A stretch of 31,918 bases of DNA from a virus (taxonomy: Duplodnaviria; Caudoviricetes): IMG/VR virus record IMGVR_UViG_3300032313_001308, positions 1 through 31,918 of that record; one strand, given 5' to 3'. The notes under the pieces were generated by a model, which did not search any database, was not told the DNA's origin, and saw only the letters and a list, made by a program, of their open reading frames with translations. A program made the position numbers and the translations under genes. Below, piece by piece: positions 26,007 through 31,918 of this stretch. How positions within the stretch are numbered: the first letter of the stretch is position 1; the number at the start of each line of letters is the position of its first letter.

Positions 26007-29000
26007 ATGGCAAAAAAACAAATAAGCAATTATAAATTTTTTCCAGGAGTTGTACCACCAGCGTACAATCAATATCCAAATGCTGTGTCTCTATTAACAC
26101 AAAATAAAGATTTTATCATAGAGGAAACCAATCAATACATTAAAAATCAAGTGGCTGCCAATGTGGCCAATTCAGGAAGTATCTGGTATAATTTTGCGTA
26201 TGGGGCTGGAGTGGAGAGCACTACAAGAACACGCATAGAAAATATTCTGGATGGTTACATCCATGATTTAACTTATGGCGGAAATTCTTCAACCTATGCA
26301 AATGCATCTAGATATTACACTTTAAATGTATTGCAAATAGCATCGGCTGCAGTGGAAGCCAACATACAAACCACGATAAAAGATCAGATCGATGATTACA
26401 TATTCGATAATACATTAGATGTGACAGTGCTCAATCTAGTGGATGAAGATCAGGTGATAGGAGCTTCTGCTGCAGAGGCTGGAGTGTATGCTGTGTTTGA
26501 AGATTTAGCTGACATAGTGATCGATGTGCTAGACATTGGCCTGTCATCTCTGCCTGCTCCTGTTGCACCAAACACTCAAAACGGAGGACTGTTGCCAAAT
26601 GCAGTTTTTCTATTAGAAGCCAACAAAAGATTTATTCAAGAAGAAACCATTGCCTATATTCAGGACAACATAGATAGCAATAATTCCCCTTATGTCTTCT
26701 ATGTTTTTGATGCAGAAGAATACAGGAGTGATGTCAGCGCCATATTAGAAAGTTATATCAGCGATTTGAAAAAAGGTGGTAATAGACAGACTTATTTCAA
26801 TGCAGAATCATATTGGGAAAACGCTGGCACAGAGTTACCCAGCAATAGGCAACCAGAAATATTTGCATACACTTTTGTAAAGAATTTAATACAAAACTTT
26901 ATTTGGGCCAATGTGGCTTACACTGCCAAACAAATTTTAGTCAGTCAAGTGATTAATTTTTCTTATACAGCCGAGGTAATAGCTCCAATCAGACTGAAAG
27001 AATTGAGCGATATCACGATAAACGTCATTGAATTTGGCGTTTCTAGATTACCAACCAAGATTTCCAATCGTGGCTTTGTCAAACTGCCTGGTTTCATACA
27101 ACTTCAAAATCTTTTGCTTGTGACCAACAGCACACGCAATACTATTATGTATAACTTTGCTGATAACAGTCTAGCAGCTGAAGTCACATTTGGCAATTCT
27201 TATGATTCTAATTTTGCTGGCGCTCTATATGGTGTAGAAAAAATTACCACTATCACTTTTGACATAGACACCAGCAACATGATGGTCACTGACGACATAC
27301 AGATATTTGTGGAAGGCCCAGAACAGATAGTGCGTTTAAATTCTATTGGCACTGATGCTATGGAACGACAAAAAGTTGGCATTCCACAAAGCATGTTAGA
27401 TGCTGATTTTGAATATGGATTACAACCTACCAAATGGCAGGCCATTGGACTGATGCGTAACTATCCAAGTTTTTATGAAATTCCTGGCAGTGATGTGCCT
27501 GTAAGTAGCGTCGTCACTGATGCCAGTTCGGCCACAGGTGATGTGGGTGCCAGTCTAATCACAATCACTACCACTGCAGCGCATGGATTAAATCAATATG
27601 ATCCTATCACTATCAAAGCTCTCAGCAATAGTGTGCAAGGATTCAGTAGAGCTGAAGGAAGTTTTTTAGTAAATTCTGTGCCCAGCACCACACAGATAAC
27701 CTATTATGCCAAATCTAAAGTAGGAACCACCAACGGCGAAGTATTAGCCAGCACATACACTCAATTGAGAAAAGCAGGATTCTACACAGGAGCCAATGTA
27801 GGCACACCCACATTTTCTGTGACCAGCACAGGCACTACAGGAGTCATTACCACCAGTTTGATCACTCCCAGTGGTTCCACTTATATTGGTTTCAGTGCAG
27901 GCGCTGTGGGTATTGGAGCTCCTCTCACAGGCACAGGAGTCAATACCGGCACACAAATCACAGCAGTCACAGGGTCAGGTGGCACAGCAGCATCCACCAC
28001 ACTGGGAGCCAATGCAATCATAGGTGACACCACCATAACTGTCACTAGCAACACAGGTATTGGACCTGGATTGGTATTCAACAGAGGTGATGGTGTAGCA
28101 GTTGCAGTGACTGATGTCACAGGAAACACAGTCACTCTGAGCGGTGCTTTGACAGTGAATATTTTGGGCACTAATTTAACCTATACTGGTCTGACACAGA
28201 GTGCTACTTCAGGCACAGGATCGGGTGCTCAATTCAACATATCAAGGAATCCTGGCTACAGTGTGACCGTGACTAATCCTGGATCAGGCTATGTGGCAAC
28301 TGACACTGTCACTATTGCAGGTACAAATTTAGATGGCACTGCTCCCACCAATAATGCCACCATCACTGTGGTGTCTGCATCTGCTGTGAATACAGTGAGC
28401 ACTCTTACTGCTATTTCACAAGCAGGCACAGGATATTCTAATGCCAATGGTGTGCCTACCACTACCGTTGGCACTGGCACTGGACTCACTGTGGATATAA
28501 CCACCACAACAGGGGGGGTCACAGGCGTGACCATAGCGAGTGCTGGCTCTGGTTATCAACCTGCGGATCTTATCAGCATAGGTCTGACTGGACGTGTAAA
28601 CATTACCCAAAACTTAGTGCCAGGTTCAGGTTACACCACAGCCAATGGATTGTCCACCACTGGTGATACCGGTACTGTGGGTACTGGACTCACTGTGGAC
28701 ATAGTGGCCAGCAACGGATTAGTAGGCAGTATCACATTGACTGCTGCAGGCACCGGATATACCACCAGTACTTTTGCTACCACCTATGGTGGAGCTGGCA
28801 CTGGCTGCACAGTGAACGTGGCACAGACAGGTGGCGTTGTGGACACTGTCTCTATTAATGCACGTGGCACGGGATACAGTGTCAGTGATGTATTGACAAT
28901 ATCAGGTGGCAACAACGACGCCACAATCACAGTGGCCACAGTTATAAATGGTGGAATCACTTCCGTCACAGTTGCCACACCAGGATCGGGATATGTGCTT

Positions 29001-31918
29001 GGTGACACCATCACTGTGGTACAAGGAGGTTCAAATGGTCAGGGAACATTTGATGTTGGCACTCCACACACACAGGCACAAGTGAGCGTGGACACAATCA
29101 CCGCTGGAGGACTCATACAATCTGCCACAGTCGCAGGCACTGCAGTCACAGCTCCCACACAGAATTTTATCAGTGCTGTCACGCTGAGTGAACCTACCAC
29201 TGCACAAATAGCAAGTGGCAACACAGGCATCATATTTTCAGCTATCAGCACAATTCAGATCACATTTGCCACAGCACATGGATTTATTCCAGGCAACACC
29301 ATCACCACACAGATTACCAGTGTGGGCAATAACGCACAGTTGGCAGCTGGATCGTTTTTCATAGAAACAGTGCCGACGTCTCAATCTTTGACTTATACTG
29401 CTCGAGCAGCTGGCGCCATAGACAACACATTGATAGGATTGGTTTATGGCAGACCCGACTCATTTTTTGTGCACAGACCCTTTGATGGTGGTGTGCAATT
29501 GGGCACAGCTGGTCCAGCACATGGTTCCACAGCCATACGTATGAGCAAAAAATACATAAGATATCAATCAGGCAAGGGAGTGATGTACAACACAGGGGCA
29601 CTGTTTGCTCCAAGTTATGATCTGCGTCAAATCACTGCCTCCGGCACAGCAGTGGGCAGCGTTATCACCATAATCACAGATGACACTGATCATGGATGTC
29701 AGGTGGGAGCAGTGATCAATATTTCAGGTGTGACCACTTCTGGTTACAATGGCAACTACACAGTGGCCACTGTGACAAATGAAAGACAATTGACATTTGT
29801 GGCAACACAAACTTTAGGCAGTGCCACTCCAATATTAGGCAGTCCCTGTCTAATGAGTGTTAAAAATTGGCATGGCGCCACAGTACGAGCAGGAATCTAT
29901 GATGATCAAAACGGTATGTTTTTTCAATATGATGGAATGAAATTGTCCGTGGTGAGAAGAAGCAGCACCTTCCAGATTGCAGGCACTATCAGCATCAATG
30001 CCAACAGCAACGCAATCACAGGCACAAACACAAGATTTACAGAACAACTGATAGCGGGCGATAGAATCGTGATACGTGGAATGACACACGTGGTCAGTCT
30101 GATCAGTAACAACACAACCATGTTCGTGACTCCAGATTTTAGGGGAGTAAACAATGTCAGCAATGTGAAGATAACAAAAACCACAGACCTCATAGTGCCG
30201 CAACAAAATTGGAATCTAGATACCATGGACGGAAATGGACCCAGTGGTTACAATATAGATATAGTAAAGATGCAGATGATCGGCATACAGCACACTTGGT
30301 ATGGTGCAGGATTTATTGATTTCATGCTGCGAGGGCCTGATGGCAACTATGTGTTTGTGCACAGATTCCGCAACAGCAATGTGAACTTTGAAGCATACAT
30401 GCGTACTGGTAACCAACCAGTGAGATATGAAGTTATTAACGAAGGGTTCAAAGGTCGATTATCATCAGCCATGAATTCCAGTCAAACCACTGTGCCCATG
30501 AGTGCCGATGATTGTTTTTGGTTTCCCAACTCTGGCACTGTGTACATAGATAATGAATTGATAAATTTTACTGGCAACAGTGGAACAGCTTTGGTTGGCT
30601 GCACCAGAGCAGCATCATTGACACAATTTGTGGCAGGATCATCTAGAACTTTCAGTGCAGGCCCAGCTGCCAGTCACACCATACGCACTGGAGTGATATT
30701 AGTCTCTAACACAGTGACTCCGATCATCAGCCATTGGGGGTCAGCATTTATGATAGATGGTCAGTTTGATGAAGATCGTGGTTATTTGTTCAACTATGCA
30801 GCCACAGGTGTGCCGGTCTCTCTGGATCGAACCACTGCATTTTTGATACGTTTAGCCCCGTCAGTCAGCAATGCGTTGATAGGAGATTTGGGTGAACGAG
30901 AACTTTTAAATCGTGCTCAGTTGCTGTTGAGCAACTTATCTATCTCCAGCGATCCAGTAGCGGGTGATGGAGCTTTGGTGATAGAAGGCGTGTTGAATCC
31001 TATCAATTATCCCACAAATCCTTCGCTGATCACATGGACCAGTTTGCTTTCCCAAGCAGCTGGAGGACAGCCCAGTTTCGCGCAGATAGCATCTGGAGGA
31101 TCTGTGACCTGGAGTGGCGGCGTTTCCACTACCACTTCAACAGTGCAAGGAGCCTTCAGCAGAACACTCACAGCGAATGGCATAGATGCAGTTACCAATA
31201 GTCTCTCTGCAAGAAGTTTTTCTGCTGTGTCAACAAACATCACAGCTGTCAGCATTGGAGCTACATTGACTGCCATAAGTTTCACTCTGGCTATCACAGC
31301 ACTGGGATTCAACAACAATGAACCTTACGGCTCAGGTCTTAATATCTATACCAGAGCCATGAGCACCTCTAGAAGCGATTTTTTAATCACCAATACAGCT
31401 TATAATGCTTTGGGATTTCCCATTCAAGCAGGTGATACACTTACAAGTGCGAATCTTACAGGTGGTCGCACTGTGGTTTCAGTGACACCTAGTTATTTGG
31501 GCGGCATCTACACCAGGATTGTGATGAACACCGTCGCCAGTTCTAACAGTTTTACAGGCTCTGGAAATAACGTGGCCGTCAGTGTGGGAGTGAGAGCCAC
31601 CAGCACATCAAGAACTGACTTTTACGTCACAAATGCGGCATACAGTGCACTGCTGATTCCCATTCAAGTGGGAGATACTCTCACTTCAGCCAACCTGTCA
31701 GGTGATCGCACCATCAGCAGTATCACCACAAGTTGGTCAAGCACCTCATTCACCAGAATCGTGATGAGCTCAGCAGCTTCCACAAACAGCACTGCGGCCG
31801 GTGGCAATGACGTATCAATAGGCGTTGGCGGCACTTATGGCCGAGCACTGAGCACCAGTCGAACCGATTTTTTGATCACACAGTCTTCATATGCTGCATT
31901 GACCACAACACTCGGTGA
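26007..31918 (+). CDS. Giant (>1970 aa) virion structural protein, 3'-truncated; absent from the ORF track
   Basis: ATG 26007 (MAKKQISNYKFFPG) lies 4 nt after the previous stop. Spot translations stay in frame: DADFEYGLQPTKW (~27400), RPDSFFVHRPFDGGVQLG..KKYIRYQSGKG (~29450-29580) and RTDFLITQ..TTLG at the window end. The track shows no other long plus-strand ORF here. Confidence 0.85.
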   Translation, partial: MAKKQISNYKFFPGVVPPAYNQYPNAVSLLTQNKDFIIEETNQYIKNQVAANVANSGSIWYNFAYGAGVESTTRTRIENILDGYIHDLTYGGNSSTYANASRYYTLNVLQIASAAVEANIQTTIKDQIDDYIFDNTLDVTVLNLVDEDQVIGASAAEAGVYAVFEDLADIVIDVLDIGLSSLPAPVAPNTQNGGLLPNAVFLLEANKRFIQEETIAYIQDNIDSNNSPYVFYVFDAEEYRSDVSAILESYISDLKKGGNRQTYFNAESYWENAGTELPSNRQPEIFAYTFVKNLIQNFIWANVAYTAKQILVSQVINFSYTAEVIAPIRLKELSDITINVIEFGVSRLPTKISNRGFVKLPGFIQLQNLLLVTNSTRNTIMYNFADNSLAAEVTFGNSYDSNFAGALYGVEKITTITFDIDTSNMMVTDDIQIFVEGPEQIVRLNSIGTDAMERQKVGIPQSMLDADFEYGLQPTKWQAIGLMRNYPSFYEIPGSDVPVSSVVTDASSATGDVGASLITITTTAAHGLNQYDPITIKALSNSVQGFSRAEGSFLVNSVPSTTQITYYAKSKVGTTNGEVLASTYTQLRKAGFYTGANVGTPTFSVTSTGTTGVITTSLITPSGSTYIGFSAGAVGIGAPLTGTGVNTGTQITAVTGSGGTAASTTLGANAIIGDTTITVTSNTGIGPGLVFNRGDGVAVAVTDVTGNTVTLSGALTVNILGTNLTYTGLTQSATSGTGSGAQFNISRNPGYSVTVTNPGSGYVATDTVTIAGTNLDGTAPTNNATITVVSASAVNTVSTLTAISQAGTGYSNANGVPTTTVGTGTGLTVDITTTTGGVTGVTIASAGSGYQPADLISIGLTGRVNITQNLVPGSGYTTANGLSTTGDTGTVGTGLTVDIVASNGLVGSITLTAAGTGYTTSTFATTYGGAGTGCTVNVAQTGGVVDTVSINARGTGYSVSDVLTISGGNNDATITVATVINGGITSVTVATPGSGYVLGDTITVVQGGSNGQGTFDVGTPHTQAQVSVDTITAGGLIQSATVAGTAVTAPTQNFISAVTLSEPTTAQIASGNTGIIFSAISTIQITFATAHGFIPGNTITTQITSVGNNAQLAAGSFFIETVPTSQSLTYTARAAGAIDNTLIGLVYGRPDSFFVHRPFDGGVQLGTAGPAHGSTAIRMSKKYIRYQSGKGVMYNTGALFAPSYDLRQITASGTAVGSVITIITDDTDHGCQVGAVINISGVTTSGYNGNYTVATVTNERQLTFVATQTLGSATPILGSPCLMSVKNWHGATVRAGIYDDQNGMFFQYDGMKLSVVRRSSTFQIAGTISINANSNAITGTNTRFTEQLIAGDRIVIRGMTHVVSLISNNTTMFVTPDFRGVNNVSNVKITKTTDLIVPQQNWNLDTMDGNGPSGYNIDIVKMQMIGIQHTWYGAGFIDFMLRGPDGNYVFVHRFRNSNVNFEAYMRTGNQPVRYEVINEGFKGRLSSAMNSSQTTVPMSADDCFWFPNSGTVYIDNELINFTGNSGTALVGCTRAASLTQFVAGSSRTFSAGPAASHTIRTGVILVSNTVTPIISHWGSAFMIDGQFDEDRGYLFNYAATGVPVSLDRTTAFLIRLAPSVSNALIGDLGERELLNRAQLLLSNLSISSDPVAGDGALVIEGVLNPINYPTNPSLITWTSLLSQAAGGQPSFAQIASGGSVTWSGGVSTTTSTVQGAFSRTLTANGIDAVTNSLSARSFSAVSTNITAVSIGATLTAISFTLAITALGFNNNEPYGSGLNIYTRAMSTSRSDFLITNTAYNALGFPIQAGDTLTSANLTGGRTVVSVTPSYLGGIYTRIVMNTVASSNSFTGSGNNVAVSVGVRATSTSRTDFYVTNAAYSALLIPIQVGDTLTSANLSGDRTISSITTSWSSTSFTRIVMSSAASTNSTAAGGNDVSIGVGGTYGRALSTSRTDFLITQSSYAALTTTLG
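31353..31918 (+). repeat. ~80-aa tandem protein repeat, at least 3 units
   Basis: Units start at 31353 (RAMSTSRSDFLITN), 31593 (RATSTSRTDFYVTN) and 31842 (RALSTSRTDFLITQ). Units 1 and 2 share PIQ.GDTLTSANL.G.RT and TRIVM. Confidence 0.85.

Noticed and set aside
27200-31318. Minus-strand ORFs listed in the track
   Set aside because: Antisense shadows of the giant plus-strand ORF starting at 26007.
1-31918. Stop-codon reassignment
   Set aside because: Genes are full length and tightly packed under the standard code, ending in TAA, TGA and TAG.

Overview
This window comes from a large AT-rich tailed dsDNA phage, probably a T4-like myovirus resembling aquatic cyanophage/pelagiphage-type viruses. 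The call rests on protein motifs and a recurring TAAATA late-promoter core; the host cannot be determined. Two blocks of virion/tail-fibre genes (<1-6715 and 22957->31918) flank a ~16 kb island made almost entirely of oxidative tailoring enzymes: 4 flavin-dependent tryptophan-halogenase-family genes, 12 Fe(II)/2-oxoglutarate or JmjC oxygenases, 2 paralogous unknown-function genes and 2 small orphans. Just upstream of the island are three tandem, equal-length Gly-rich fibre/adhesin paralogues with 11 invariant histidines and mosaic DNA identity. Just downstream is a fibre ending in a cupredoxin-like C-x2-H-x2-M site, followed by a >1970-codon structural ORF that the ORF track missed. Main hypothesis (inference): a late-expressed phage system that halogenates and hydroxylates its own His-rich, possibly metal-binding virion appendages. 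No tRNA, rRNA, CRISPR array or mobile element was seen. Family names come from motif recognition by eye, not database searches.
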